From the NCBI GenBank assembly GCA_038061795.1, contig JBBTYL010000003.1, positions 64,041-128,040 on the forward strand: a stretch of DNA of 64,000 bases. The letters are read 5' to 3'. The notes beneath the pieces were generated by a model. The model saw only the letters and a list, made by a program, of their open reading frames with translations. It was not told the DNA's origin and did not search any database. The stretch's first letter is position 1. Each line of letters begins with the position of its first letter. A program made the translations under genes and the position numbers. Origin of the DNA: Patescibacteria group bacterium (GTDB lineage: Bacteria; Patescibacteriota; Minisyncoccia; Phycocordibacterales; PALSA-1337). Shown piece after piece: positions 27,324 to 36,517 of this stretch.

Positions 27324-28060
27324 TCTTCAATAAGCACTTTAGCAGTAATGCCCTTGCTCATGGATAACCAAAATACAAAGGGGTTGCTTTCTGCTGGTGC
27401 GGCAGCTGTAATTGGATCGTAGTTATAAAAATACCACTGATAACTGCTGAAATCATAATTACACTTTGCCGTGAAACCGGCATTGCAAACTGCATACCAG
27501 TTATTGAATGGGCGGGACCAATTAATAATGTTTCCGTTAGAAACGTCGTATGATGGATACATCATCTCATGAGAAATGAGAACGGTCGGCAAAAAAGGAA
27601 TTTGTGTGCCATTCGACGCGTTACCGTATGCAGTAATTTCACAGCCATCAGAATCACTGCAAAGCGTAGTCGCATCAATTCTCAAGGCGTTGTTGGTCGT
27701 ATTGGATTTAGTTTTCTGACTATCAGAAAGGGTGAATATTTCGTCTGAACTTTCGATGTTTTGCGCAACCCACTTTACCTTGCCGGTATTTGTCCCATCA
27801 GCAACAAGAATCGATCCATTTGCCACTGTCGCACCCACGCTTGGCAGGAATGTGAAGTTCCCGACTATTCCGAGACCGCCGACTGTCAACGGGCCAGACT
27901 TTATCTGAGGAGTGCTGCTTGCATTGATAGGCGCATCAGCGTTGCAGCCAGGAGGCGCACAGGATGGGCCAGAAAAACCAGCTACTGCATATCCCATGCC
28001 GATGGTGATGATGAGACCGAGGATTATTGCTTTTAAATTTTGGATTATTTTTGTTTTCAT
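27320..28060 (-). CDS. Secreted hypothetical protein
   Basis: 246 aa. N-terminal TM helix, then GPSCAPPGCNADAPINASSTPQIKSGPLTVGG and a Cys/aromatic-rich C-terminus. Confidence 0.55.
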   Translation of the reverse strand: MKTKIIQNLKAIILGLIITIGMGYAVAGFSGPSCAPPGCNADAPINASSTPQIKSGPLTVGGLGIVGNFTFLPSVGATVANGSILVADGTNTGKVKWVAQNIESSDEIFTLSDSQKTKSNTTNNALRIDATTLCSDSDGCEITAYGNASNGTQIPFLPTVLISHEMMYPSYDVSNGNIINWSRPFNNWYAVCNAGFTAKCNYDFSSYQWYFYNYDPITAAAPAESNPFVFWLSMSKGITAKVLIED

Positions 28061-28064
28061 ATTG

Positions 28065-28361
28065 TTATTGATTTAATGATTTCGATACTTGCTCTAATAT
28101 TGCTTCGAACTGAGGGGTTTGTGGCTGTACCGTGAGACTTTCTGAAACCTCTGCCAACTTCCTCGCCTTCGCTTGAATCAATTCGTTCGGATCCTCTTCC
28201 GACACAGCGGCCTGCTGTGGTTTTTCTGCCTTATTGACTTGATACAAGGTTACCGATCCGGCAGCCAAGACAAAAGCAAGGATAGACAAAAGCACATGCA
28301 ATCTGAGATGCGGATGCTCCGGCAGAAACATTTTCTTGAAATTATCCGATGAGCTTGCCAT
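28065..28361 (-). CDS. Small membrane-anchored hypothetical protein
   Basis: 98 aa with one TM helix (LHVLLSILAFVLAAGSV). Lies 4 nt upstream of the 246-aa gene. Confidence 0.45.
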   Translation of the reverse strand: MASSSDNFKKMFLPEHPHLRLHVLLSILAFVLAAGSVTLYQVNKAEKPQQAAVSEEDPNELIQAKARKLAEVSESLTVQPQTPQFEAILEQVSKSLNQ

Positions 28362-28422
28362 TGCATTAAGTATAGCAAGAAACGAGCCTGTGAAGGCCCG
28401 TCTCTTGTGGATAAACTATTTG

Positions 28423-28505
28423 TGCGCCGTGCTGGACTCGAACCAGCGATGCTTTAAAAGCCGGGGATTTACAGTCCCCTGGTATAGCCGCTAACCGAAC
28501 GGCGC
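28423..28505 (-). tRNA. tRNA-Tyr(GTA), long variable arm, no encoded CCA
   Basis: Hand fold: acceptor GCGCCGT/ACGGCGC, anticodon arm GGGGA-CTGTAAA-TCCCC, T arm GCTGG-TTCGAGT-CCAGC. Confidence 0.9.
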
Positions 28506-29132
28506 ATGCCGTTGAATATATTTGACCTTGTATGAGTTTATCAGCTTTTTGATTTCTAGCAAGAGCTTCTTATCATGGTATCTGATGTGTACAACTCCAT
28601 ACTTCATCTTTCGGGAGCCTACTTTGAAATCACTTCTAACATACGGCTTAGAAAATAATTTTTTCGGTATTTTAGTCAGTTTGCTCCAAAAATCAATTAG
28701 CTTAGGTACATCCTGATCACCATAACAATATAACAACACACGAAATCTACTTTCGTCCAAAACAAAGATTTCTCTTAGAAATTTAAGAAAAAGTTCAATC
28801 ATGTCTGCATCACTATTTGTAAAATCAACTTGATGAGCCGGATTCTCGACGCTTCCCTTATATCCCTCACCCCAATACAGCATCGCGCCAATTGCTTTCA
28901 GATCTTCTGTTGTTTTGCTTTTCTGTCTTATGCCAAATGAAGGTATTTTATTTTCAAATCGTAATTTCTGTTCTTCTTTAAGCGTTCTCCTCTTTAAATT
29001 ATTCTTACGCATAAAATAGGCTACACAATCCAAAGAGACTCCGAGCTTTTCACCTACGACTTTCATGCTATATTTTTTGACATAGTAAAGGTTTTTTACT
29101 TTTTCAAGTTTTGATTGAGGTATCTTGGCCAT
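28491..29132 (-). CDS. HTH + LAGLIDADG-like protein, paralog 2
   Basis: HTH (KYSMKVVGEKLGVSLDCVAYF), then MLYWGEGYKG..VDFTNSDADMIELFLKFLREIF. The last 5 codons and stop lie inside tRNA-Tyr. Confidence 0.55.
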   Translation of the reverse strand: MAKIPQSKLEKVKNLYYVKKYSMKVVGEKLGVSLDCVAYFMRKNNLKRRTLKEEQKLRFENKIPSFGIRQKSKTTEDLKAIGAMLYWGEGYKGSVENPAHQVDFTNSDADMIELFLKFLREIFVLDESRFRVLLYCYGDQDVPKLIDFWSKLTKIPKKLFSKPYVRSDFKVGSRKMKYGVVHIRYHDKKLLLEIKKLINSYKVKYIQRHAPFG

Positions 29133-29195
29133 GACACAATCTTATTTCCTTAAAAGAATTAAGTCAATGGCAATAGTACCAAAAACTACTAAGAT

Positions 29196-31874
29196 TTACT
29201 TCTGCATTTCCACCCCTGGCATGACGATGGGGCTCTCGCCTTTCTTCTTTTTCTTCACGTCAAATGTGAATTCGCCGTTCTTGAGGCCGACGGTTATCGT
29301 GCCTCCCCTTATTACCCCCTGTGAAATCATGAGGCCTGCGACAGGAGTCAGGATCTTGTTTTGGATGAGACGCTTGAGCGGTCGTGCTCCGTATTGAGGA
29401 TTGTAGCCTTCAGTCGCGAGATATTTCATGACGTCGTCTGAAATGACGAGGTTTATGTCCTTGCTCTTGAGGCGCTCAATGACGATGCCGGTCTGGATCT
29501 TCACGATCTTTTCGATTGATTCCTTGCCAAGTATGTCAAAGAGAAGAATGTCATCCACTCGGTTGAGGAACTCCGGTCGGAAATAATCCTTAAGAGATCC
29601 CATAACCTTGTCCTTCACGTCATCATAATTTCGCTTTTCCTGATTGCTCTCGTTATTTACAAAGCCGATCTTTTCCATCTTCTCGATGAATTGGGCACCA
29701 ATGTTCGATGTCATGATGATGACGGTGTTCTTGAAATTCACCGTCCTTCCCTTCGCATCAGTAAGTCGTCCATTATCAAGCACCTGTAGAAGTATATTGA
29801 AGACCTCTGGATGTGCCTTTTCAATTTCATCAAAGAGAATGACGGCATATGGGCGTCGTCGAACAAGTTCTGTGAGACCTCCTCCCTCGTCATGACCGAC
29901 ATAGCCTGGAGGCGCGCCGATCAATTTTGAAACCGCATGCTTCTCCATGAATTCAGACATGTCGACACGAATAAGAGCCTTCTCGTCATTAAAAAGAAGT
30001 TCTGCAAGAGCCTTCGTGAGTTCTGTCTTTCCGACTCCAGTAGGACCAAGGAAAATAAATGAGCCGATCGGTCGCTGAGGATCTGCAATACCTGCTCGTG
30101 AACGCTTGATAGTATCAGCAATTTTCTTCACTGCTTCATCCTGACCGACGATTCGCATCTTAAGGTCGTCTTCCATTCGAGCAAGCTTGCGAGCTTCCTC
30201 TTCCATCATTCGAGTAACAGGAATTCCCGTCCATCGCGCGACGACTTCAGCGATATCCTGCTCTGTGATTTCTTCCTTAAGGATTCTTCGGGATGACTGG
30301 AGCTTCTTCAGACGTCTGCCCTTCGTCTCGAGTTCTTTTTCAAGGTCGGGAATCCGACCATAACGAATTTCTGCAGCCTTTGAGAGGTCTGCACGCGCCT
30401 CCGCAGCTTCTGCCTCTATTCGCAAAGTTTCAAGATCCTTCTTGATCTTCTTGATATCAGTGATTGTATCCTTCTCGTTTGTCCACTTGAGCTCAAGTTC
30501 GGATGTTCCCTCCTTCAGATCGGCAATTTCCTTTTCAATCTTGTGCATCCGAGCCTTTGATTCCTTGCTTGTCTCTTTCTTCAAGGCTTCACGCTCAATT
30601 TCAAGCCGCATGATCTTTCGGCGAGTTTCTTCAAGCTGAGGTGGCATGTTTTCAAGAGAAATCTTCAAAGCGGAAGCTGCCTCATCGACAAGGTCAACGA
30701 CTTTGTCTGGCAGAAATCGGTCCGAAATATACCGACTTGAAAGATTTACTGCTGCAACAATTGCATCATCTGTAATTCTTACGCCATGAAAAAGCTCGTA
30801 TTTTTCCTTGAGGCCGCGGAGGATCGCAACCGCATCTTCTACTGAAGGCTCATTTACATAAACAGGTTGGAATCGTCGCGTAAGCGCAGGATCCTTCTCG
30901 ATATGCTTCTGATATTCGCGAAGCGTCGTCGCGCCGATAGCGCGCAGTTCGCCGCGAGAAAGCGCCGGCTTGAGCATGTTCGAAGCGTCCATCGATCCTT
31001 CAGAGGCTCCGGCACCGACAATCGTATGGATCTCGTCGATAAAGAGAATTATTTTGCCTTCTGCCCGCTCAACCTCCTTCAGAATGTTTTTGAGCCGTTC
31101 TTCGAATTCCCCTCGGTATTTCGTACCAGCGATAAGGGAACCGAGATCGAGAGAAACAAGCTCCTTGTCCTTCAAAGATTCTGGGATATCGCCTTGTGAC
31201 ATGCGGATAGCAAGGCCCTCGATGATTGCGGTCTTTCCGACTCCGGCTTCTCCGATTAAGATAGGATTATTCTTCGTTCGTCGAGAAAGAATTTGGATGA
31301 CACGGAGGATTTCATTATCACGTCCGATAACAGGATCGAGTTTGTTTTCCTTCGCAAGCTTCGTGAGGCTTCGCGCGTATTTTGAAAGAGTACGGTACTG
31401 CTTCGGCTTCTCGTCTCCTACAGTGTCAGAAGACTTGAGCTCCTCGATGATCTGCAAAACATTGGCCCGCTCGATTTTGAATCTGGCAAGGATGTCCTTT
31501 GCCTGTCCCTGCACATCAAAGAATGCGACGAAAAGATGCTCGGTTGAGATGAACTCGTCCTTGAGCTGTGCAGCGACTTTTACGGCATGTTCTAGAACCG
31601 CTGCGAGTTCCGGGGTGATATAGACCTGATATGAGGGAGAGAGCGTTCGCCCGGCTTCAGGAGCCTCAAGCTGTTCAAGAATAAGATCGGTAAGAAGCAC
31701 CGTGTCAATCTCAAGCTTATCGAGTATGGACGTCACCATGCTTTCTTCCTGCAGGATAAGAGCGCACATCAGATGAAGCGGATTCACATGATTAATACCG
31801 CGCTCAATAGCCAATTCGTGAGAACGGCGCAGTGCTTCCTTTGCTTTGGTTGTGAAATTTGTTAGCGGCGGCAT
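29196..31874 (-). CDS. clpB: ATP-dependent chaperone ClpB
   Basis: Clp N domain, two AAA+ modules (GEAGVGKT and GPTGVGKT), and a long coiled-coil middle domain. Confidence 0.95.
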   Translation of the reverse strand: MPPLTNFTTKAKEALRRSHELAIERGINHVNPLHLMCALILQEESMVTSILDKLEIDTVLLTDLILEQLEAPEAGRTLSPSYQVYITPELAAVLEHAVKVAAQLKDEFISTEHLFVAFFDVQGQAKDILARFKIERANVLQIIEELKSSDTVGDEKPKQYRTLSKYARSLTKLAKENKLDPVIGRDNEILRVIQILSRRTKNNPILIGEAGVGKTAIIEGLAIRMSQGDIPESLKDKELVSLDLGSLIAGTKYRGEFEERLKNILKEVERAEGKIILFIDEIHTIVGAGASEGSMDASNMLKPALSRGELRAIGATTLREYQKHIEKDPALTRRFQPVYVNEPSVEDAVAILRGLKEKYELFHGVRITDDAIVAAVNLSSRYISDRFLPDKVVDLVDEAASALKISLENMPPQLEETRRKIMRLEIEREALKKETSKESKARMHKIEKEIADLKEGTSELELKWTNEKDTITDIKKIKKDLETLRIEAEAAEARADLSKAAEIRYGRIPDLEKELETKGRRLKKLQSSRRILKEEITEQDIAEVVARWTGIPVTRMMEEEARKLARMEDDLKMRIVGQDEAVKKIADTIKRSRAGIADPQRPIGSFIFLGPTGVGKTELTKALAELLFNDEKALIRVDMSEFMEKHAVSKLIGAPPGYVGHDEGGGLTELVRRRPYAVILFDEIEKAHPEVFNILLQVLDNGRLTDAKGRTVNFKNTVIIMTSNIGAQFIEKMEKIGFVNNESNQEKRNYDDVKDKVMGSLKDYFRPEFLNRVDDILLFDILGKESIEKIVKIQTGIVIERLKSKDINLVISDDVMKYLATEGYNPQYGARPLKRLIQNKILTPVAGLMISQGVIRGGTITVGLKNGEFTFDVKKKKKGESPIVMPGVEMQK

Positions 31875-31896
31875 AATTTATTGTATTTATTGTGTA

Positions 31897-32952
31897 TTAT
31901 ACAATCTTTTTGATAATTTTCAAGGTTTTTTTGAGTTGCTTTTTTGTCGTTTTTCTTCCAAAAGAAAACCTGACCGAGGTCTTCGAACTCGCTCCGATTG
32001 CTTTCAATACATATGACTCATCTTCATCCCGCAGACAGGCGCTTTTTGTAGAGCATTCAATCCCTTTCGCATCGAGCTGAAGGACAAAAAATTCGCCGTC
32101 GATGCTCGGAATAGAGATATTCATGATGCTTGGCACGGAATTTTCTATCGAACCATTTATTTTAATTCCTGAATTTATTTTTTTCAATTCTTCAAAAAAG
32201 AAATTCTTCAGTTTCGAGATCCGTGCGGTTTCTTTTTCTCGATTCTTTTCAGCAAGCTCAAGGGCGAGAGCGAATCCTATGATCCCTGGGATATTATGCG
32301 TACCTGCGCGAGTACAAGCAATGGTCCCCCTTCGTATATACAAAGCACCTACACCTCTAGGGCCGTAAATTTTTGCACCATCCAAAGTAAGCACATCGAT
32401 GCCGAGCTTTTCAACATAGAGCGACAGATGAATTGCAGCCTGACATGCATCAGTGTGCAAAATAATTTCAGTTCCAAAAGCTTTACGCGCATCACGCACA
32501 ATTTTCGCAATATCTTGAATCGGCTGAATAGACCCGATTTCATTATTAACCATCATAACTGAAACAAGTGAAGTTTCTGCTGTGATTGATTTCTTTAAAA
32601 GATCAAGATCGGCAAGTCCGCGGGAATCCACAGGAATATGTGTCACTTCAACGTTCCTTAATATAGACGAGTGTTCTATGGAACTTATTACAATTTTTTT
32701 TCCTTTGAATTGATTGAGAACAAGTTGGTTCGACTCTGTACCACCAGAAGTGAAGATGATTTCATCTGCATGAGCATGTAGCACTTTTGCAACCCGCGTC
32801 TTTGAGTCTTCAAGAGTTTTTTTCGCTTTTACTGCAGATGCATAAAGAGCAGAAGGATTCGTATAATCCCCCGTTGAATATTTCTTCATTTCCCGCAGAA
32901 CCTTCTTATCAATAGGCGTCAGCGAGGCATAATCTAGATATATTCGCTTCAT
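31897..32952 (-). CDS. Cysteine desulfurase (class V aminotransferase, NifS/IscS-like)
   Basis: IYLDYASLTP, a PLP-lysine context DGAKIYGPRGVGALY, and an active-site Cys context STKSACL. Start taken at MKRIYLDY. Confidence 0.85.
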   Translation of the reverse strand: MKRIYLDYASLTPIDKKVLREMKKYSTGDYTNPSALYASAVKAKKTLEDSKTRVAKVLHAHADEIIFTSGGTESNQLVLNQFKGKKIVISSIEHSSILRNVEVTHIPVDSRGLADLDLLKKSITAETSLVSVMMVNNEIGSIQPIQDIAKIVRDARKAFGTEIILHTDACQAAIHLSLYVEKLGIDVLTLDGAKIYGPRGVGALYIRRGTIACTRAGTHNIPGIIGFALALELAEKNREKETARISKLKNFFFEELKKINSGIKINGSIENSVPSIMNISIPSIDGEFFVLQLDAKGIECSTKSACLRDEDESYVLKAIGASSKTSVRFSFGRKTTKKQLKKTLKIIKKIV

Positions 32953-32997
32953 GTGATGAATATACCTGAAAAAAACAAAATAGTATATAATCACCCC

Positions 32998-33474
32998 ATG
33001 AACTTCCCCATCAATGTCACAACTATCGCTCTTGCCGTACTGGTCGTCCTCGTAATTGTATTGATCGTCTTTATAATTAGCCTCAATAATAAATTAAAAA
33101 AATTCCTCATAGGCAAATCATCAAGCAATCTCGATGAATCAATCGAATCAGTGAATACATCATTAAGAGAACTTAACTCTTTCAGGACAGAGCTTGAAAG
33201 CTATCTGGCTACTGTTGAAAAGCGCCTCAAGAAAAGCATACAAGCTGTGCACACAGTCCGCTTCAATCCTTTCAAAGGCACCGGATCAGGAAGCAACCAG
33301 AGCTTCTCTACAACATTCCTTAATGAAGAAAAAGATGGCGTAATAATTTCGAGCCTCTATTCTCGAGAACATGTCAGCGTTTATTCAAAGCCAGTGAAGA
33401 AAGGGACTTCAGAATACGAGCTTTCTGACGAAGAAAAACAAGGACTTGAGACAGCGAAAGAGTTGGTGAAGTAA
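32998..33474 (+). CDS. DUF4446-like membrane-anchored protein
   Basis: N-terminal TM helix, then VHTVRFNPFKGTGSGSNQSFS..VIISSLYSRE. A TATAAT at 32984-32989 sits only 8 nt upstream. GTG 32953 is an alternative start. Confidence 0.6.
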   Translation: MNFPINVTTIALAVLVVLVIVLIVFIISLNNKLKKFLIGKSSSNLDESIESVNTSLRELNSFRTELESYLATVEKRLKKSIQAVHTVRFNPFKGTGSGSNQSFSTTFLNEEKDGVIISSLYSREHVSVYSKPVKKGTSEYELSDEEKQGLETAKELVK

Positions 33475-33519
33475 TTTGGTGAGTATCTTAAACTCTATCG
33501 CACCACCATCTTCCTAAAC

Positions 33520-33549
33520 TTGACATTATAGTACTAGTGATGCTATAAT
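33520..33549 (+). promoter_or_regulatory. Sigma70-type promoter P1
   Basis: TTGACA (33520-33525), an 18-nt spacer, TATAAT (33544-33549). An AAGGA RBS precedes ATG 33574. Confidence 0.6.
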
Positions 33550-33573
33550 GTTAACTAAGAAAGGATAGCAATT

Positions 33574-33840
33574 ATGAAAGAGTTCCTTGAGTTGGTTTTG
33601 GGAGTTTCAGTGTTGTGGTGCTTTTTGGGATTCGGCCTCTGGCTGTTTCCCTTGAGCCAAGGTCTCATTCACCTCAAAAAGAATGTTTGGTGGAATCTGA
33701 AACGGCATAAGTTCAAATTCAATCTCTGGAAGTCGTTTGACGACGCAGGGATATTTGAAAACATTGTCTGGATCAGTTTTCCACTCAGTCCCATTCCCGC
33801 AACATTGGCACTTACCCTCCTCGTAACCTTGGGTTACTGA
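33574..33840 (+). CDS. Small hydrophobic Trp-rich hypothetical protein
   Basis: 88-aa ORF bracketed by promoter P1 with an RBS and a strong terminator. Confidence 0.45.
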   Translation: MKEFLELVLGVSVLWCFLGFGLWLFPLSQGLIHLKKNVWWNLKRHKFKFNLWKSFDDAGIFENIVWISFPLSPIPATLALTLLVTLGY

Positions 33841-33856
33841 GGTAAAATCGGTTTCG

Positions 33857-33885
33857 GCGGCGATCAGCAATGGTCGCCGCTTTTT
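33857..33885 (+). terminator. Intrinsic terminator
   Basis: GCGGCGA-loop-TCGCCGC followed by TTTTT. Confidence 0.7.
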
Positions 33886-33926
33886 CCTACACCTTAAACT
33901 CTATAAAGCCACCGTCTTTGTCATAC

Positions 33927-33955
33927 TTGACAAATTCTGACAAATTTGCTATGAT
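33927..33955 (+). promoter_or_regulatory. Sigma70-type promoter P2
   Basis: TTGACA (33927-33932), a 17-nt spacer, TATGAT (33950-33955). No ORF follows. Confidence 0.6.
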
Positions 33956-33961
33956 ATTCCT

Positions 33962-34099
33962 AGAACAATCAACTCATGTCGCGTAGTGAAAACTATCGCC
34001 TGAATGAGTCCAGTGCCCTTGCGAGGGGCCTTTCAAGGACGAAACAGGAGTTAAGTTGTTCTGCCCAATCAAGACCCTGGGATTAGTGGGTCTTTTTTT
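33962..34099 (+). ncRNA. Hammerhead-like (type III topology) self-cleaving ribozyme candidate within a ~135-nt non-coding transcript
   Basis: GUC triplet at 33978-33980; stem I 33981-33986/33993-33999; core CUGAAUGA 34000-34007; stem II GUCC/GGAC 34008-34011/34037-34040 with an inner GCCC/GGGC helix; GAA 34041-34043; stem III 34044-34052/33971-33979 (8 of 9 pairs). There is one extra nucleotide relative to CUGANGA. Confidence 0.6.
34072..34099 (+). terminator. Intrinsic terminator of the ribozyme-like RNA
   Basis: AGACCC-loop-GGGTCT followed by T7. Confidence 0.75.
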
Positions 34100-34346
34100 C
34101 TTGCCTAAATTTTAAACTTTACCACATGCTCGTCTCATACTTTTTTACACTAAAGTTTTAAATGCAACTCACTTGCATCTAGATTCAAAAATACTCATAT
34201 TCTTCCTTGAGCCAATTGCAACTAATTTGCATTTACAAAAAGTTACATAGAAAAAGAAGTCTGTATTCTATATCTTTTACTCAAATCCATATTTCTAGCC
34301 ATTTTCCATATTTTGTGATACAGTGAAAACCTGTTAATTTCGCTAT

Positions 34347-35861
34347 ATGCCTAAAAAAACCATAGAAAAAGCTGCATCCCAGCTCATATCGCGTCCCCCT
34401 GTGGTCGTTATCATGGGCCATATTGACCATGGAAAATCTACGCTTCTTGATTACATTCGAAAAACGAATGTCGTAGGGGGCGAAGCTGGAGGAATAACTC
34501 AGCATCTTGGCGCCTATGAAGTCGTTCACGGTAATGGATCCATCACCTTCCTAGACACCCCAGGCCATGAGGCATTCTGCAGCATCCGTGAACGAGGAGC
34601 TCGCGTAGCTGACATCGCAGTGCTTGTCGTATCAGCAGAAGACGGCGTAAAGCCGCAGACGCTTGAGGCTCTGAAGTGCATCCTTGCAGAAAAGATCCCT
34701 TACATAGTCGCAATCAGCAAAATCGACAAGCCTGGAGCAAATATAGAAGTCACCAAGGCAAGCCTCGCGGAAAACGAGGTCTATGTCGAGGGATTCGGCG
34801 GCGATGTCCCAGTCGTACCGATTTCCGCGCTCAAAGGAACAGGGGTCCCCGATCTTCTAGACATGATCATGCTTGTTGCGGACCTCCAAGCCCTCAAGGC
34901 AGACAAGGATATGCTTGCTGAAGGCGCAATCATCGAATCATACCGGGACAGCAAGAAGGGAATTTCTGCCACGCTTCTCATCAAGAACGGAACTCTCAAA
35001 AGCGGAATGTATGTAGTCGCTGAAGATGCCGTTTCCCCTGTTCGAATTCTTGAGGATAATCAGGGCAAGGCTATCAAAGAAGCAAGCTTCTCAAGCCCTG
35101 TGAAAGTCATAGGCTTCAACAAAATTCCAACTGTCGGAGCTATGTTTACTACATGTGCCAACAAGCGCGAAGCAGAAGAGCTTGCGCAGGCCTATAGAAT
35201 GAAGGCGGGTTCAAGCAAGAGCCTTCCAACTCGAGAAAATCCAAACGATACAACGGTCATGATCCCCATCATCATCAAAGCTGACGTTATCGGCAGCCTT
35301 GAGGGCATCAAGCACGAACTCTCAAAGATCAAGAACGATAAGGTAAAGCTCAAGATCGTTTCTGAAAGCATCGGGGATATCAATGAAAATGACATCAAAG
35401 CGACTCAGGGGGATCCGAACATCATTATCGTTGCCTTCAACAGCAAGCCAGATGCAAAGACGGCAACGCTCATCGAACGGTCAACTGTTCAGGTGAAGTC
35501 TTTCGACATTATCTACAACCTCGTAGAATTCCTCAAGCAGACTGTCTTATCCAAGGTTCCAAAGGAATATATTGATCAGGCTTCAGGAACAGCAAAGATC
35601 ATGGCGATCTTCAGCAAGAACAAGGACAAGCAGATTCTTGGAGGGAAAGTGCAGGAGGGATCGCTTTCAGTTGGATCAGAAATAAAGATCCTTCGACGCG
35701 ATGCTGAAATAGGAAGAGGAAAAATAAAAGAGCTTCAGAAGCAGAAAGTAAAGACTGATGAAGTTGCGGAAGGATTTGAATTCGGCTGCATGATCGAATC
35801 AAAGACGGAAATAGCTCAAGGCGATAAAATACAAGGATTCATAACAGTAGAGAAAATATGA
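34347..35861 (+). CDS. infB: Translation initiation factor IF-2 (short form lacking the N-terminal domains)
   Basis: The G domain starts near residue 20 ([28 protein letters not shown]), followed by the C-terminal IF-2 domains. Confidence 0.95.
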   Translation: MPKKTIEKAASQLISRPPVVVIMGHIDHGKSTLLDYIRKTNVVGGEAGGITQHLGAYEVVHGNGSITFLDTPGHEAFCSIRERGARVADIAVLVVSAEDGVKPQTLEALKCILAEKIPYIVAISKIDKPGANIEVTKASLAENEVYVEGFGGDVPVVPISALKGTGVPDLLDMIMLVADLQALKADKDMLAEGAIIESYRDSKKGISATLLIKNGTLKSGMYVVAEDAVSPVRILEDNQGKAIKEASFSSPVKVIGFNKIPTVGAMFTTCANKREAEELAQAYRMKAGSSKSLPTRENPNDTTVMIPIIIKADVIGSLEGIKHELSKIKNDKVKLKIVSESIGDINENDIKATQGDPNIIIVAFNSKPDAKTATLIERSTVQVKSFDIIYNLVEFLKQTVLSKVPKEYIDQASGTAKIMAIFSKNKDKQILGGKVQEGSLSVGSEIKILRRDAEIGRGKIKELQKQKVKTDEVAEGFEFGCMIESKTEIAQGDKIQGFITVEKI

Positions 35862-36190
35862 CAGGAAATCGCGATCAAAAATTGAAGGACGTTATTCGCG
35901 AGGCTGCTGCCGAGTTCCTTCAGCGCGAATCAAACTATACTTCCATTCTTACGGTGACCGATGTTTCCCTCTCTGACCGAGGAAATCAGTCGACGATCTT
36001 TTTTACCGTCTTGCCAGAGGATAAAGAAAAAGCTGCTCTTGATTTCGTAAAGCGAAAACGTGCAGAGTTCCGTGAATTCTTCAAAGGCAAAGCGCGCATG
36101 CGAGCCCTTCCCTTCTTTGACTTCGAAATCGACCGCGGCGAGAAAAACCGCCAGAAGATAGACGAAATAGCGAGAAATGTTATAGAATAG
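35858..36190 (+). CDS. rbfA: Ribosome-binding factor A
   Basis: 110 aa with an RbfA-like pattern (ILTVTDVSLSDRGNQSTIFF). Overlaps infB by ATGA. Confidence 0.85.
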   Translation: MTGNRDQKLKDVIREAAAEFLQRESNYTSILTVTDVSLSDRGNQSTIFFTVLPEDKEKAALDFVKRKRAEFREFFKGKARMRALPFFDFEIDRGEKNRQKIDEIARNVIE

Positions 36191-36207
36191 CCGGAGTAGG
36201 AACATAA

Positions 36208-36284
36208 GGCGTAGTGGCGAAGTTGGTTAACGCAGCAGTTTGCAAAACTGCCATTCACCGGTTCGATCCCGGTCTACGCCTCCA
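36208..36284 (+). tRNA. tRNA-Cys(GCA), CCA encoded
   Basis: Acceptor GGCGTAG/CTACGCC, anticodon arm GCAGT-TTGCAAA-ACTGC, discriminator U, then CCA. Confidence 0.9.
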
Positions 36285-36285
36285 C

Positions 36286-36370
36286 GCTCGGGTGGTGGAA
36301 TTGGTTTACACAGCAGACTTAAAATTTGCCGCCGCAAGGCATGTGGGTTCGAGTCCCACCCCGAGCACCA
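36286..36370 (+). tRNA. tRNA-Leu(TAA), CCA encoded
   Basis: Acceptor GCTCGGG/CCCGAGC, anticodon arm GCAGA-CTTAAAA-TTTGC, long variable arm. Starts 1 nt after tRNA-Cys. Confidence 0.9.
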
Positions 36371-36444
36371 TTGAGGACACCTGCGTTCGTTGCTAATTTA
36401 CAATATTTCTGTTATATTTTTTGCACCTGTAAAAGACAGTGAAT

Positions 36445-36517
36445 GCGCCCATAGCTCAGCTGGTAGAGCAGATCCCTCTTAAGGATAAGGTCGTAGGTTC
36501 GATCCCTACTGGGCGCA
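36445..36517 (+). tRNA. tRNA-Lys(CTT), no encoded CCA
   Basis: Acceptor GCGCCCA/TGGGCGC, anticodon loop CTCTTAA, T arm GTAGG-TTCGATC-CCTAC. Confidence 0.9.

Noticed and set aside
30970-31623. 217-aa plus-strand ORF (and other plus ORFs between 29125 and 31200)
   Set aside because: They are antisense to clpB and are shadow frames.
33607-33870. 87-aa minus-strand ORF with a CQCC motif, antisense to the small hydrophobic ORF
   Set aside because: It starts with TTG inside the plus-strand terminator hairpin and has no promoter or RBS. The plus-strand ORF has a consensus promoter, RBS and terminator. The call remains uncertain because neither ORF has a recognisable family.
34000-34007. Attempt to fit the ribozyme core to the canonical 7-nt CUGANGA by re-registering stems I and II
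   Set aside because: No alternative pairing keeps C3 and G8-A9 adjacent to stems I and II. The extra nucleotide is real in this sequence, so the element is reported as hammerhead-like rather than as a canonical hammerhead.
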